Shown: positions 48,368-60,952, counted from the first letter of the stretch. The stretch is 64,000 nucleotides of DNA from an uncultured cyanobacterium (GCA_963703315.1 OY969811.1:928001-992000); one strand, 5' to 3'. Translations and numbers: made by a program. Notes: a model not told the origin generated them from the sequence alone.

Positions 48368-50137
48368 TTAAAATGGATTAGCCGATATAGAAAAATAAAT
48401 CCCATTTTCTTGTAAAGTTTTTTTCTCCGCCGAAATACGACTCAGGGGAATCCCAAAATCGAGTCGGATAGTGAGGCGATCGCTTATCTGTAAGCGCAAT
48501 CCTGTACCTAATGCGGTCAAAGTGCTTGGATCAGGGTTGGTATTAGCTTGATGATTCCATACTGTACCAAAATCAAAGAATGGTACAACCTGTAAAAGTC
48601 CGCTAATTTCAGGAATCCGCAATATAGGAATCCGCACCTCGGCAGATAAAAGCAATCCATTATCGCTCAGCAGAGCATCTTGTCGATATCCTCGCAGGTT
48701 GTCTTGACCACCAATACTAATTTGTTCCTGTGACAAAAGTGGGCGATCGCTCAGTTGCAGATCGGCACGCAAAAATAACAGAGTTTCGGGGGCCAGCAGA
48801 CGCACATATTGAGTTTGCCCGCGCCATGCCAAAAATTGACTATCGGGAGATACATTATTGATCGTCGCGCCGAGCGCATTAATCCCTAAACTTAGTTGCG
48901 ATCGCATCGCCAATACTTCTTCAGCACTGCGTTGCACATATTCTTGAAAAAAGCGCAGCGCTGTAACTTTGGTCTGACCATCAGCATCAGCACCAAGGGA
49001 AGGAAAAGCAATTGTGCCGCCTAGTAATGAGGCTGTACTTTGACGATGGCTCAGGGTTAAGCCTAGTGCCACATCTTGAGCAATAGTTTGAAAAATGGGT
49101 TGGCGGATTGTCAGTTCGTAATTTCGAGAATTAGAGGCAATATCGAGAATATTAAAAGGAGTTTCAATCACATTACTAGCAGAAGTTCCAAAGTTAAAGC
49201 TGATAGTTCCATTATAAGGATTGAAGGGAATTGTATAACTCGCATCAAAAGCATTACTACCGTTAGTATTGCTATATGAGAGACTTAGGCGATCGCCTAA
49301 TCCTGCTAGATTTGCCTCGACAAGTTGGATTTGGCGACGCTCAGAGCCGACACTGGGAGTCCGACTATTATCAAAAGTAATTGGTATGTTAAAGGTTGGA
49401 GCCTCAGTCACCTTGATTTCTAAGTTATTTAATCCCGCTTGCAAACTGGGGGACAAATTTGCCGATATGCTCTCAATTAGGGGATTAATTTGTAATAGTT
49501 GTAATGCTTCGAGTAGACGAGTACGGTTTAGAGGTTTCCCAGTGGCGATCGCTATTCGTGATTGAATATAGCCTGAATTAAGCCTGTTCAATCCTGTGAC
49601 CTTAATTTCATCCAATCCTCCCTCAATAACCTGAATCTTGACTATTCCTGTTTGTAAGTCCTGTTCTGGCAAATACGCCCCAGAGGTAATATAACCTCGC
49701 TCTAAATAAAGCTCTGTAATTTTAGTTCTAACTTGAAATAGTTCAATAATAGAAATTGGTTTGTTGGTATAGGATTTAGTAATATTCTCTAGTTCCTGAT
49801 TGCTAAAAACACTGCTACCAATCACTTCAAACTTTTTAACTACAATCAATTCAGAATTGCTGTTGCTCGGAATTTGTGGAGATTGGGAATTTTCTAGATT
49901 TGGAAGAGTAAATAGACTGTCAGGAGCAGGCAGTTTAGACGGTTCAGTTGGGGTTTTAGGCGTAACTTTGGGAGCGATATCATTAGGAATTACTAAATTG
50001 CGTGGGATCGAGTTAGTTTGAGCAGCGATCGCTTGAGGATAAGCATTAAATGCGATCGCGCTCAGTAGCACAACAATAGTATTTTTTTTGTCTTTAAATG
50101 TACAGATATACGCATACCATACTTTCACAATAACCAC
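48368..50137 (-). CDS. ShlB/FhaC/HecB two-partner secretion (TpsB) outer membrane protein
   Basis: POTRA (Y.ERGYITS), IGGQD.LRGY motif, C-terminal Phe. Confidence 0.92.
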   Translation of the reverse strand: MVIVKVWYAYICTFKDKKNTIVVLLSAIAFNAYPQAIAAQTNSIPRNLVIPNDIAPKVTPKTPTEPSKLPAPDSLFTLPNLENSQSPQIPSNSNSELIVVKKFEVIGSSVFSNQELENITKSYTNKPISIIELFQVRTKITELYLERGYITSGAYLPEQDLQTGIVKIQVIEGGLDEIKVTGLNRLNSGYIQSRIAIATGKPLNRTRLLEALQLLQINPLIESISANLSPSLQAGLNNLEIKVTEAPTFNIPITFDNSRTPSVGSERRQIQLVEANLAGLGDRLSLSYSNTNGSNAFDASYTIPFNPYNGTISFNFGTSASNVIETPFNILDIASNSRNYELTIRQPIFQTIAQDVALGLTLSHRQSTASLLGGTIAFPSLGADADGQTKVTALRFFQEYVQRSAEEVLAMRSQLSLGINALGATINNVSPDSQFLAWRGQTQYVRLLAPETLLFLRADLQLSDRPLLSQEQISIGGQDNLRGYRQDALLSDNGLLLSAEVRIPILRIPEISGLLQVVPFFDFGTVWNHQANTNPDPSTLTALGTGLRLQISDRLTIRLDFGIPLSRISAEKKTLQENGIYFSISANPF

Positions 50138-50590
50138 TTCCAGCTTTCGCTAAAAAACTAGTAGACTGACTTGTATTTTATTATCTATTTTTCTTTTATA
50201 ACTATCTCAATGATGAGTGCAAAGTCACTCCAAGCGTAATACTTGAAGTTCCTTGAATAGACAAGAGAACGATTCAGATTATCTTGTGACATATACTTTA
50301 AGATATAGGTAGAATAATTTATAATTCATCCACAACATTAATATGTAAGTTGTTAGTAAAATACTGCAAAACTGTATGCCTTTTGAGTGAATGCTAAAAT
50401 CGAGATTTTTAAATTTGTTCTGGTTGATCTTATCTCTATTAGCCTCTTTTTTACATACCCAACTTCACAATTTATTACACTTTGCCCAAATGTTTAATGG
50501 CTAATTGATCATGTAGATATACTAATCACTCTAGAATGTTATTTTATTGTTTGCTAAAATCAACCTAACTAAGCTGTGATCAGAAATATT

Positions 50591-51196
50591 ATGCAAGCAA
50601 CTGTAATTGATGCCGAAATACAACAAGAACTTGAGCCACAAATTCGGCTCTGGTCGATCGCTGATTATCACCAAATGATTGAAGCAGGAATTTTAGATGA
50701 AGATGATCGCGTAGAACTTTTGGAAGGAAAAATTGTTTGTAAAAATTTTCAAAGTCTATTTCGGGCATCTAGCATACAGCGCAGCAGTAATTTTCTGTTT
50801 AACTTACTAAGCGATCGCGCCGAAATTCGTGTGCAGTTACCCGTGATTTTAGGCAATGACTCCGAGCCAGAGCCAGATCTTGCCATCGTGAGATTTGACA
50901 ACCATGAATATTCCTTTAGACATCCTGAAGTAGCTGATATTTATTTGTTAATTGAAGTTGCCGATTCAACTATTGCTAAAGATCGCAAGCAAAAAGCGCG
51001 TATCTATGCCAAAAATCAGATTTTAGAATATTGGATTCTCGATTTGCAAAAGCGACAGGTTTATGTTTTTCGTCAGCCCGAAGAAAGTGTTTATCGCGAA
51101 GAATTGATTCTGAATAGCAGTGATAGTATCGCCATGCAAGCATTTCCTGATGTGGCGATCGCTTTAGATGCTATGTTTCCTATTGCACAAAATTAA
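50591..51196 (+). CDS. Uma2 family endonuclease
   Basis: YH.M..AGIL, VELLEG, SEPEPD, LIEVADST, YA...I.EYW. Confidence 0.85.
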   Translation: MQATVIDAEIQQELEPQIRLWSIADYHQMIEAGILDEDDRVELLEGKIVCKNFQSLFRASSIQRSSNFLFNLLSDRAEIRVQLPVILGNDSEPEPDLAIVRFDNHEYSFRHPEVADIYLLIEVADSTIAKDRKQKARIYAKNQILEYWILDLQKRQVYVFRQPEESVYREELILNSSDSIAMQAFPDVAIALDAMFPIAQN

Positions 51197-51208
51197 CTAA
51201 ATATTCCT

Positions 51209-52033
51209 ATGGCTGCACCTTGGGCGGGAGAACTAGAATTAGAATTTATCAAGCGGAATCAACAAACCGTATTAACCCGTAATTACACCGTAGCACCTTG
51301 GAAAATTCAGCGATCGCTCTATCCAGAAGGTGATGAGGTTTGCCATTGCATCTTGCTTCATACCGCAGGTGGTCTAGTGGGCGGCGATCGCCTATCTGCA
51401 AAAATTCATTTACAACCCCATACTCAAGCCCTAATTACCACGGCAGCCGCCAGCAAGATCTATCGCAGCACAGGTGCAGAATCCCTACAAAATCTCCATA
51501 TTCACATCGATGAAGGTGCAAGTTTAGAATGGTTTCCTCAAGAAACGATCGCCTTTGCTGAATCAAATTATCGCCAAACTACAAGAATTGACTTGGCGGC
51601 AAATGCAACCTGTACTCTATGGGAAATCGTCAGGTTTGGGCGCACCGCAAGGGGCGAAAAATTTCTCGATGGCAATTGGCGATCGCATACAGAAGTATGG
51701 CGCGATCAAAGCCCTTTATGGATTGATCGGCAATATCTCAATGGAAATTCGGAAATGTTAGGAAGTCCTAATGGATTAAATAACTATGCGATCGCTGCAA
51801 GCTTTATCTTTGTCGGCGCACAAGTTGAACCTGAATTAATTACACAGATTCGTTCTACTTGGGAACAGGGTAATTATCAGGGAGTCTCAGGAGTGACGCG
51901 ATCGCTATGTGGTTTGGTTTGCCGCTACTGCGGCAACTCGTCTAGCGATGCGCGTAAATGGTTTCAGCAAATTTGGCAGCTTTTGCGTGTATCCTATAGG
52001 GATAGAGCAATATGCGTACCCAGAGTTTGGTAA
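51209..52033 (+). CDS. ureD: urease accessory protein D
   Basis: P.K.QR..YPEG, LHTAGG.VGGD, TT.AA.KIYRS, EW.PQETI, PRVW end. Confidence 0.93.
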   Translation: MAAPWAGELELEFIKRNQQTVLTRNYTVAPWKIQRSLYPEGDEVCHCILLHTAGGLVGGDRLSAKIHLQPHTQALITTAAASKIYRSTGAESLQNLHIHIDEGASLEWFPQETIAFAESNYRQTTRIDLAANATCTLWEIVRFGRTARGEKFLDGNWRSHTEVWRDQSPLWIDRQYLNGNSEMLGSPNGLNNYAIAASFIFVGAQVEPELITQIRSTWEQGNYQGVSGVTRSLCGLVCRYCGNSSSDARKWFQQIWQLLRVSYRDRAICVPRVW

Positions 52034-52039
52034 TTATCT

Positions 52040-52342
52040 ATGCAGCTTACGCCTCAAGAAAAAGATAAATTATTGATTTTCACGGCTGCCCTGTTAGCGG
52101 AACGACGCAAAGCCAAAGGACTTAAGTTAAATTATCCTGAAGCGATCGCTTTTATAACTGCCGAGATTATGGAAGGGGCAAGGGAAGGTCGCACGGTTGC
52201 GGAATTGATGTCTTACGGCGCAACTTTACTCACCCGCGATGATGTAATGGAAGGTATCCCCGAAATGATCCATGATGTGCAAGTTGAGGCAAATTTTCCC
52301 GATGGAACCAAACTTGTCACAGTACATAATCCAATTCGCTAG
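52040..52342 (+). CDS. ureA: urease gamma subunit
   Basis: [31 protein letters not shown]. Confidence 0.98.
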   Translation: MQLTPQEKDKLLIFTAALLAERRKAKGLKLNYPEAIAFITAEIMEGAREGRTVAELMSYGATLLTRDDVMEGIPEMIHDVQVEANFPDGTKLVTVHNPIR

Positions 52343-52363
52343 CCTGAGCTATGGAGGTCTGAG

Positions 52364-53008
52364 ATGATTGCGATCGCAATGCCCCAAAAACAACAAAAAC
52401 AAACAGAGTTAGAACAGAAACTAACCTTTGAGCAGTTTCTAAAAATTTATCCTGAATATGGACATTATGAACTTATTGATGGTGAGCTAGTTGAGATTTT
52501 TGAAATGGCATTTACATGCAATCATGACGATGTTGGAGAGTTTATCGATAGACGTTTTTATAGTGAAGTCGAACGATTAGCTCTTAACTATGTCATTAAG
52601 AGAGCAGTTCCCATAAGAAGCATCGACCAAGACGGAAATGAGCGTGGGCGTGTACCTGACTTAAGTGTGATTGATGCGACATCTTGGCGCTCTAATCGTA
52701 GTGACTATAAAGGATTTCGCGACAAAATTCAGTTAGCTGTTGAAGTAGTTTCTACAAACTGGGAAGATGATTATGTTGACAAGTTTGAAGAATATCAACG
52801 CTTGGGCATTTCTGAATATTGGATTGTAGATTATTTAGCGATCGCTAGTCGTGAGTTTCTTGGTAATCCTAAGATCCCCACTGTGTTTGTTAATTTACTA
52901 GATGAAAATGGTAAATATCAAACAACTAAATTTACAGGAGATGACAAAATTATTTCACAGACTTTTCCTGAACTAAATTTAACTGCGGCAGAAATCTTAA
53001 ACATCTAA
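52364..53008 (+). CDS. Uma2 family endonuclease
   Basis: YELIDGE, R.PD, LAVEVVSTNW.DDY..K..EY..LGI.EYWIVD. Confidence 0.88.
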   Translation: MIAIAMPQKQQKQTELEQKLTFEQFLKIYPEYGHYELIDGELVEIFEMAFTCNHDDVGEFIDRRFYSEVERLALNYVIKRAVPIRSIDQDGNERGRVPDLSVIDATSWRSNRSDYKGFRDKIQLAVEVVSTNWEDDYVDKFEEYQRLGISEYWIVDYLAIASREFLGNPKIPTVFVNLLDENGKYQTTKFTGDDKIISQTFPELNLTAAEILNI

Positions 53009-53024
53009 GAATGGAGGCTAAATT

Positions 53025-53336
53025 ATGATTGCTGGTGAAATCATTACCCAAGAAGGGGATATTGAATTAAATGCTGGGCGCGAAGTGATTACGCTCAAGG
53101 TTGCCAATTCAGGCGATCGCCCGATCCAAGTTGGCTCGCATTATCACTTTTATGAAACTAATCGAGCGCTGATATTCGATCGTGATCGCGCCAAAGGCAC
53201 ACACCTTGATATTCCTGCGGGGACTTCGATCCGCTTTGAACCAGGGGATGAGAAGGAAGTAAATCTAGTTCCCTATGTGGGTACTCGTGAGATTTATGGA
53301 TTTAATGCTTTAGTAGAAGGCAAATTGGAGAATTAA
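53025..53336 (+). CDS. ureB: urease beta subunit
   Basis: [29 protein letters not shown]. Confidence 0.98.
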   Translation: MIAGEIITQEGDIELNAGREVITLKVANSGDRPIQVGSHYHFYETNRALIFDRDRAKGTHLDIPAGTSIRFEPGDEKEVNLVPYVGTREIYGFNALVEGKLEN

Positions 53337-53340
53337 ACAA

Positions 53341-55053
53341 ATGAGTTATAGAATGTCTCGTCGCGCTTATGCAGAAACCTATGGCGCAACCGTTGGTGAT
53401 AAAGTTCGCTTAGCCGATACCGAATTATTTATTGAAGTGGAACGCGACTACACCACCTATGGCGATGAAGTAAAATTTGGTGGTGGTAAGGTGATCCGTG
53501 ATGGTATGGGGCAATCACCAATTACTAATGTCAATGGAGCCGTTGATGTCGCGATTACCAATGCTTTAATTCTCGACTGGTGGGGCGTAGTGAAGGCAGA
53601 TGTGGGGATTAAAGATGGCAAGATTGTAGCGATCGGGAAGGCGGGAAATCCTTACATTCAAGATAATGTCAATATCATTATCGGTGCGGGTACAGAAATC
53701 ATCGCAGGAGAAGGAAGGATTCTCACCGCAGGCGGCATTGATACGCATATCCATTTTATCTGTCCACAACAAATTGAAGTAGCGATCGCCTCAGGCATTA
53801 CGACAATGATCGGTGGCGGGACTGGCCCTGCCGTTGGCACAAATGCGACCACTTGCACCCCTGGTCCTTGGAATATGTACCGTATGTTGCAAGCCGCCGA
53901 TGCTTTCCCGATGAATTTAGGATTTCTTGGTAAAGGTAATAGCAGCAAGCCTGAAGGCTTGGTTGAGCAGGTGGAAGCGGGTGCGATCGGGCTAAAACTT
54001 CATGAGGATTGGGGAACGACTCCCGCCACGATTGATACTTGTTTAGGGGTTGCCGATGAGTACGATGTGCAGGTTGCTATTCACACCGACACGCTCAACG
54101 AAGCGGGATTTGTGGAAGATACGATCGCAGCTTTCAAAAATCGTGTGATCCATACCTATCACACCGAAGGTGCGGGTGGTGGTCACGCTCCCGACATTAT
54201 CAAGATTTGCGGTGAAGCGAATGTTCTTCCCTCTTCCACAAATCCCACTCGTCCCTACACTTTAAATACTCTTGATGAACATCTGGATATGCTGATGGTC
54301 TGTCACCATCTCGATCCTAGCATTCCTGAAGATGTTTCCTTTGCAGAATCAAGAATCCGTCGCGAAACGATCGCTGCTGAAGATATTCTCCATGATATCG
54401 GCGCGTTTAGTATGATTTCTTCCGATTCGCAAGCAATGGGAAGAGTCGGTGAAGTAATCATTAGAACTTGGCAAACTGCCCACAAAATGAAAGTGCAGAG
54501 AGGGGTTCTCTCTAGTCCTGAAAGTACTAGAGCCGACAATTTCCGCGCTCAGCGCTATGTGGCAAAATACACCATCAATCCCGCGATCGCGCATGGTATT
54601 TCTGAATATGTCGGTTCCATTGAAGTTGGTAAAATTGCTGATCTCGTTCTCTGGCATCCTGCCTTTTTTGGCGTAAAGCCTGAAATGGTTCTAAAGGGTG
54701 GATTTATTGCATGGTCACAGATGGGCGATGCCAATGCCAGCATTCCCACACCGCAGCCTGTGTATATGCGTCCGATGTTTGGTAGCTATGGCGGTGCTAT
54801 CGCGCCCACATCCTTTACTTTTATTTCTCAAGTTGCAATGGAGCGAGGTATTCCCAGTCAATTAGGACTCAAGAAACAAGTACTTACGGTTAAAGGAACT
54901 CGTAACATCAGCAAACGAGACTTAAAGCTCAATGATGCTTTACCAGTAATGGAAGTCGATCCAGAGACTTATGAAGTTAGAGCCGATGGTGAATTATTGA
55001 CCTGTGAGCCAGCTTCTGTGTTGCCGATGGCACAGCGATATTTCTTGTTTTAA
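53341..55053 (+). CDS. ureC: urease alpha subunit
   Basis: [41 protein letters not shown]. Confidence 0.99.
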   Translation: MSYRMSRRAYAETYGATVGDKVRLADTELFIEVERDYTTYGDEVKFGGGKVIRDGMGQSPITNVNGAVDVAITNALILDWWGVVKADVGIKDGKIVAIGKAGNPYIQDNVNIIIGAGTEIIAGEGRILTAGGIDTHIHFICPQQIEVAIASGITTMIGGGTGPAVGTNATTCTPGPWNMYRMLQAADAFPMNLGFLGKGNSSKPEGLVEQVEAGAIGLKLHEDWGTTPATIDTCLGVADEYDVQVAIHTDTLNEAGFVEDTIAAFKNRVIHTYHTEGAGGGHAPDIIKICGEANVLPSSTNPTRPYTLNTLDEHLDMLMVCHHLDPSIPEDVSFAESRIRRETIAAEDILHDIGAFSMISSDSQAMGRVGEVIIRTWQTAHKMKVQRGVLSSPESTRADNFRAQRYVAKYTINPAIAHGISEYVGSIEVGKIADLVLWHPAFFGVKPEMVLKGGFIAWSQMGDANASIPTPQPVYMRPMFGSYGGAIAPTSFTFISQVAMERGIPSQLGLKKQVLTVKGTRNISKRDLKLNDALPVMEVDPETYEVRADGELLTCEPASVLPMAQRYFLF

Positions 55054-55084
55054 GATAGCGGTGATCTCCTTAAGGTTTCAAAGA

Positions 55085-55125
55085 ACTGATTTTTTGAGGT
55101 GGCGAAGCCACCTCAAAAAATCAGT
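55085..55125. terminator. perfect hairpin after ureC
   Basis: ACTGATTTTTTGAGGTGGC-GAA-GCCACCTCAAAAAATCAGT. Confidence 0.65.
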
Positions 55126-55190
55126 GATGATTGATATAAGATGAAACTAGGCATACCGTGATTTTCCTATAGGCGATCGCACCTGCTTCC

Positions 55191-57149
55191 ATGTCATTCA
55201 AAATTCACGACGACACAATTAACCAAGTTAACCAACGCTCAGATATTGTCGATATCGTTTCTGAGCGAGTTGTGCTACGCAAAAGTGGGGCAAATTTTCG
55301 GGGAGCTTGTCCTTTTCACAATGGTACAAATGCTACAGCGCTGACGGTGAATCCATCGCGGCAGATGTATCACTGCTTTAACTGTGGGGCAGCAGGTGGG
55401 GCAGTCAAATTTTTGATGGAGATCGATAAGCGATCTTTTTCTGATGTAGTTTTGGATTTGGCGAAACGCTATAACGTTCCCATTCAAACTGTCGAACCAG
55501 AGAAAGCGAAAGAAATTCAGCGTCAAATCTCCCATCGCGATCGCCTTTATGAAGTGATGGCATTGACGACAAGTTTTTATCAGCACGCACTCTATGCACC
55601 GCAGGGACGCGAGGCTCTGTCGTATCTCACCGAAAAGCGGCAAATGAGCAAAGAGACAATCCAGAAATTTCAACTGGGTTACGCGCCTGCGGGTTGGGAA
55701 ACCCTGATGGGATATCTGGTGCAGCAAAAGCAGATTCCTGTAAGTTTGGTAGAAGAAGCAGGGCTAGTCGTTCCGCGTAAAACTGGGAATGGATTTTACG
55801 ATCGCTTTCGCGATCGCCTCATGATTCCGATTCATGATACTCGTGGGCGGGTGATTGCCTTTGGTGGTCGCTCCCTTGGTGATGAGGAACCCAAATATTT
55901 AAACTCCCCTGAAACGGAACTCTTCAGCAAGGGGACAGTTCTCTTTGCGATGGATAAGGCGCGAGATGAAATTGCTAAGTCCGATCAAGCAATTGTTGTA
56001 GAGGGATATTTTGATGCGATCGCTTTGCATCAAGCAGGAATTAGCCAAGCGATCGCCACAATGGGAGTCGCGCTCAATGCTGACCAAATGAAGCAGTTAT
56101 TGCGTTATACGGAATCGAAAAATGTAATTTTAAATTTTGATGCCGATAAAGCAGGAATTACGGCGGCGGAAAAAGCGATCGCAGGTTTTAAAGAATTAGT
56201 TTTTAATGGAACTGTACAATTACGGGTTTTGACAATGCCCGATGGCAAAGATGCCGATGAATATCTCAAACAACATAGTGCGGATGCTTATCGCGATTTG
56301 CTCAAAAATGCACCACTATTTTTGGATTGGCAAATCGATCAAATCCTCTCAGGTCAAGATCTTAATCAAGCCGATCGCTTTCAAAAGAGCAGTCAAGCGA
56401 TCTCGCAATTGCTGAACAATCTACCCGTCGATTCCTTCTTTCGCACCCATTACATCCATACTTCTGCTCAAAAACTATCTCAAGGTAATTCCTATCTTGC
56501 ATTGCGCCTAGAACAAGATCTTCGTCGTCAATTACGCAATACACGCTGGAATAGTAACAAGCCTGCTCCATCCCTGACTACAACCACAAATTCGCTGCAT
56601 ATTGCCGAAACTCAACTTCTGCAAATCTATCTGCATTTTCCCCAACATCGTGCATATTTATATCAAGAGATTGCTGAAGAAGAAAACATTGAATTTACAC
56701 AATCCAATCACCGCTATCTCTGGCAAACAATTCTCAATCTGCTCCAATCTAATAAAACTTCCCTTGCTGCCGAAGAACCCTACCCCGATCATCTAGTTCA
56801 ACAATTACAGATTCTCTGTGCTGAGCAAGAAGAAGTGGCTCAGCAGTTACAGCATTTACTCTGGCTCGATGAAAACTCGCGCATTGGTTTATTACGTCCT
56901 CAAATTGTTGTCAGAACGGCGATCGCCAAAATCCAATACATCATGTGTGAGAAGCATGAAAAGGACTGGTTAAGCAAATATCAAAGTATTGATGTGATTG
57001 CTAATCCCGCCTTTGGTTATGAATGTCAAGCCAAAGTTAAAGAGGCAAGGCAACGTAAAGCTGAAATTCGTAAACAGATTGAAGTTAATTATCTTGATCT
57101 CTCTGGTACTGGTACTAATACGAATGAGAAGAACATTATCGAGTTTTAA
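55191..57149 (+). CDS. dnaG: DNA primase
   Basis: CPFH..CFNC zinc finger, DRFRDRL, KYLNSPET, EGYFD, FDAD.AG. Confidence 0.97.
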   Translation: MSFKIHDDTINQVNQRSDIVDIVSERVVLRKSGANFRGACPFHNGTNATALTVNPSRQMYHCFNCGAAGGAVKFLMEIDKRSFSDVVLDLAKRYNVPIQTVEPEKAKEIQRQISHRDRLYEVMALTTSFYQHALYAPQGREALSYLTEKRQMSKETIQKFQLGYAPAGWETLMGYLVQQKQIPVSLVEEAGLVVPRKTGNGFYDRFRDRLMIPIHDTRGRVIAFGGRSLGDEEPKYLNSPETELFSKGTVLFAMDKARDEIAKSDQAIVVEGYFDAIALHQAGISQAIATMGVALNADQMKQLLRYTESKNVILNFDADKAGITAAEKAIAGFKELVFNGTVQLRVLTMPDGKDADEYLKQHSADAYRDLLKNAPLFLDWQIDQILSGQDLNQADRFQKSSQAISQLLNNLPVDSFFRTHYIHTSAQKLSQGNSYLALRLEQDLRRQLRNTRWNSNKPAPSLTTTTNSLHIAETQLLQIYLHFPQHRAYLYQEIAEEENIEFTQSNHRYLWQTILNLLQSNKTSLAAEEPYPDHLVQQLQILCAEQEEVAQQLQHLLWLDENSRIGLLRPQIVVRTAIAKIQYIMCEKHEKDWLSKYQSIDVIANPAFGYECQAKVKEARQRKAEIRKQIEVNYLDLSGTGTNTNEKNIIEF

Positions 57150-57194
57150 AATGCTATAAGCTATAACAATCCCATTAGTTTAATTTTAAATCTA

Positions 57195-57779
57195 ATGAAA
57201 CAAGCGATCGCCAATCTAGAATTAGCTAACCCCAAAGCTTTGACAGATCAAGAATTTATGTCACTGCCTGAAAATGACAATCTTTATGAATATGTGGATG
57301 GAGAGCTAATTGTTGGGGCAAATTCAGGTGTAGAGCATGGCTATTTAGCACTTACTCTCGGATATTTTTTGACTGGCTTTGTGCGTACTCATAAGCTCGG
57401 TGTGACTTGCGACTCCAGTACCGCGTTTAAAATGAAAACGGGCAATAAGCGATCGCCTGATCTTGCGTTTATTGCTAAAGAACGGTTGCAAGGATTAAAG
57501 CGCTTACCAAAAGGATTTTTTGATGGCGCTCCTGACTTAGCTGTAGAAATTATTTCTCCCAATAATACGTTTGAGGAAATCCATAACAAATTAGTAGAAT
57601 ATTTTGAAAATGGAACTCGCTTAGTATGGGTAATCTTACCCGATAAAGAATGTGTATTGGTTTACCATAAACCTAAACCATCAAAGCTTTTGCAGTTAGA
57701 AGATAATCTTGATGGAGAAGATGTTATTCCTAATTTTAGTCTTCCCTTATCAGAAATATTTCAAGAGTTATCTTTTTAA
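57195..57779 (+). CDS. Uma2 family endonuclease
   Basis: YE.VDGEL, RSPD, APDLAVEI.SP, EYFENG.RLVW. Confidence 0.9.
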   Translation: MKQAIANLELANPKALTDQEFMSLPENDNLYEYVDGELIVGANSGVEHGYLALTLGYFLTGFVRTHKLGVTCDSSTAFKMKTGNKRSPDLAFIAKERLQGLKRLPKGFFDGAPDLAVEIISPNNTFEEIHNKLVEYFENGTRLVWVILPDKECVLVYHKPKPSKLLQLEDNLDGEDVIPNFSLPLSEIFQELSF

Positions 57780-57783
57780 CTGT

Positions 57784-58977
57784 TTATTGATTAAATTTAA
57801 GTAACCAACCGATCGCCGCGCCAGCAATTACTAACCAAGCAGAATTAACTTTAGGGAACTTGAGGAGAATGAGCAAACTCGCGATCGCCATAATAATTGT
57901 CCAAATATCAACTAAAGTTCCGCGACCTAATTCCCATGCTACGGCTGCCATCAAGCCAATGGAAGCGGCATTTACACCATCGAGAAATCCTGCTGTCCAA
58001 GTCGATTTGCGTAACTTTGAGACAAAGGGATTAATTAACGGAACCAAAATAAATGCTGGTAAAAAGATGCCAATTGTGCCAGCGATCGCCCCTAAATTTC
58101 CTGCCACCAGATAGCCGATAAATGTCGCGGTGGTAAACAAAGGACCTGGAGTAAACTGCCCGATCGCCACTGCATCTAATAGCTGTTGGGAAGTTAGCCA
58201 ATGGGTGCGATCGACAAATTCTTGCTGCACAAAGGCTAACAATACATAACCGCCACCATAGAGAACGGAACCAATTTTGAGAAAACTGAGAAATACGGCT
58301 GTCCAAGTTTTGGGATGTGCTTCAGCAGCAATAGTAGCTAAAGGAAAAGGGAAAAAAGAAAAGGGGAAAAATATACTGGGTAGGAATTTATTGGATTTGT
58401 TGAACTTAAGATTGTGAACTAAAGATACGACAAGTCCTGCGCCTAACATCAGGGCAATTTCGTTGATTCTGAGAAAATAGAGTGCTAATACTAAAATTCC
58501 TACGCTCCAAGTTGGAATATCTTTTAAGGCTGATCGCCCTAATTTCCATAATGCTTGGACGATAATCGCAATAATGACTGGCTTCACCCCATACAGCAGC
58601 CAACCCACAGCAGGGATAGTTTGATACTCCACATAAACCACTGCTAATCCCCACACCAGCAGCATTGCAGGAATAATAAAACTTGCTCCTGCCACGATTG
58701 CGCCTAACACTCCTGCCTGTTCTAATCCCACATGAATCACTAACTCCGTTGAGTTAGGACCTGGAATCAAATTGCTAATACTGAGCAGATCCAGTAACTT
58801 CTCACGACTTAACCATTGACGTTGCTGCACTACCTCCCGTTCTATTTGAGCGATATGAGCAGCAGGACCACCAAAGGCGATCGCACCTAATTTACTAAAA
58901 ACAACTGCTAAATCCCACAATTTGGCTTTGAGATGTAACGGCTCTAGTTCTAAATCTTTTTTTGTATACTCAGGCAT
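57784..58977 (-). CDS. chrA: chromate efflux transporter (CHR family)
   Basis: AFGGPAAH, PGPNS, YGGG, QFTPGP; two homologous halves. Confidence 0.9.
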   Translation of the reverse strand: MPEYTKKDLELEPLHLKAKLWDLAVVFSKLGAIAFGGPAAHIAQIEREVVQQRQWLSREKLLDLLSISNLIPGPNSTELVIHVGLEQAGVLGAIVAGASFIIPAMLLVWGLAVVYVEYQTIPAVGWLLYGVKPVIIAIIVQALWKLGRSALKDIPTWSVGILVLALYFLRINEIALMLGAGLVVSLVHNLKFNKSNKFLPSIFFPFSFFPFPLATIAAEAHPKTWTAVFLSFLKIGSVLYGGGYVLLAFVQQEFVDRTHWLTSQQLLDAVAIGQFTPGPLFTTATFIGYLVAGNLGAIAGTIGIFLPAFILVPLINPFVSKLRKSTWTAGFLDGVNAASIGLMAAVAWELGRGTLVDIWTIIMAIASLLILLKFPKVNSAWLVIAGAAIGWLLKFNQ

Positions 58978-59178
58978 ATTTTTTGAAAATTAGGTGCGAC
59001 ATACTGGGATTGCATCAATAGTCGATAGAGCTTTTGTAGCTGCCAATCGCTTTCTGGATTGGCAGCTATAAAACTCAAACAAATCATCTAATAGTTAATT
59101 GCAGATGAGCATACACAAAGACTTATACTTTTTGCAGGTATCCCAGAATACTAAATAGCTTTTGCCTAAATTACAGAT

Positions 59179-59754
59179 ATGGTAGATTCGCTCAATTCAC
59201 AGTCAGTACAGCATTTACAAACTTCAGCAAGTTCGGATTTGGAGCTATGTCGTCAGCCTGAGCCGATGTTTTATTACTTTGCTTATGGGTCTTGTATGTG
59301 TCCTGTGGATTTGAAGCGATCGCTTGGTGAGACAGCCCATCATTATGTGGTGGGGGTAGCACGTTTGAGTGGTTACAAACTTGGTTTCTATTACCGATCG
59401 CCCCATCGTGATTGCGGTTGTTTAGATATTGTCAGAGATCCAAATTCTTATGTAGAAGGGGTTTTGTATTGTCTACCGATGCGGCTAAGCGATCGCCTAG
59501 ATATTCGTGAAGATGTATCGAGGGGCGGCTATCAACATGAACTGATCACGGTGACTGTTGGCAAAGATACTTATACAAATGTCAGAACTTATAGCGTGGT
59601 TAATAAGCTCTCACGCGAACTAGCTCCCAATGATTGGTATTCCAATGTAGTTTTGCGTGGTGCTTCTACCTGTGGATTAACGGAAAAATATTTCTGGCAG
59701 TTGTTCTATCACATTTATCGATTGCAGTCCTATCATCAACGTCAATATGGATAG
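59179..59754 (+). CDS. gamma-glutamylcyclotransferase family protein
   Basis: YFAYGS, V.GVLY, LD.RE; start uncertain. Confidence 0.8.
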   Translation: MVDSLNSQSVQHLQTSASSDLELCRQPEPMFYYFAYGSCMCPVDLKRSLGETAHHYVVGVARLSGYKLGFYYRSPHRDCGCLDIVRDPNSYVEGVLYCLPMRLSDRLDIREDVSRGGYQHELITVTVGKDTYTNVRTYSVVNKLSRELAPNDWYSNVVLRGASTCGLTEKYFWQLFYHIYRLQSYHQRQYG

Positions 59755-59821
59755 GAATAGTGCGGCGAAGCCGCACTATTATTTATAGTGGCGCAAAGCG
59801 CCGCTATAAATGCTATAAATC

Positions 59822-60952
<1,131 letters not shown>

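Noticed and set aside
59138..59151. GTA-N8-TAC NtcA-like site before the cyclotransferase gene
   Set aside because: No properly spaced -10 element, and such 6-base matches are expected many times by chance in 64 kb.
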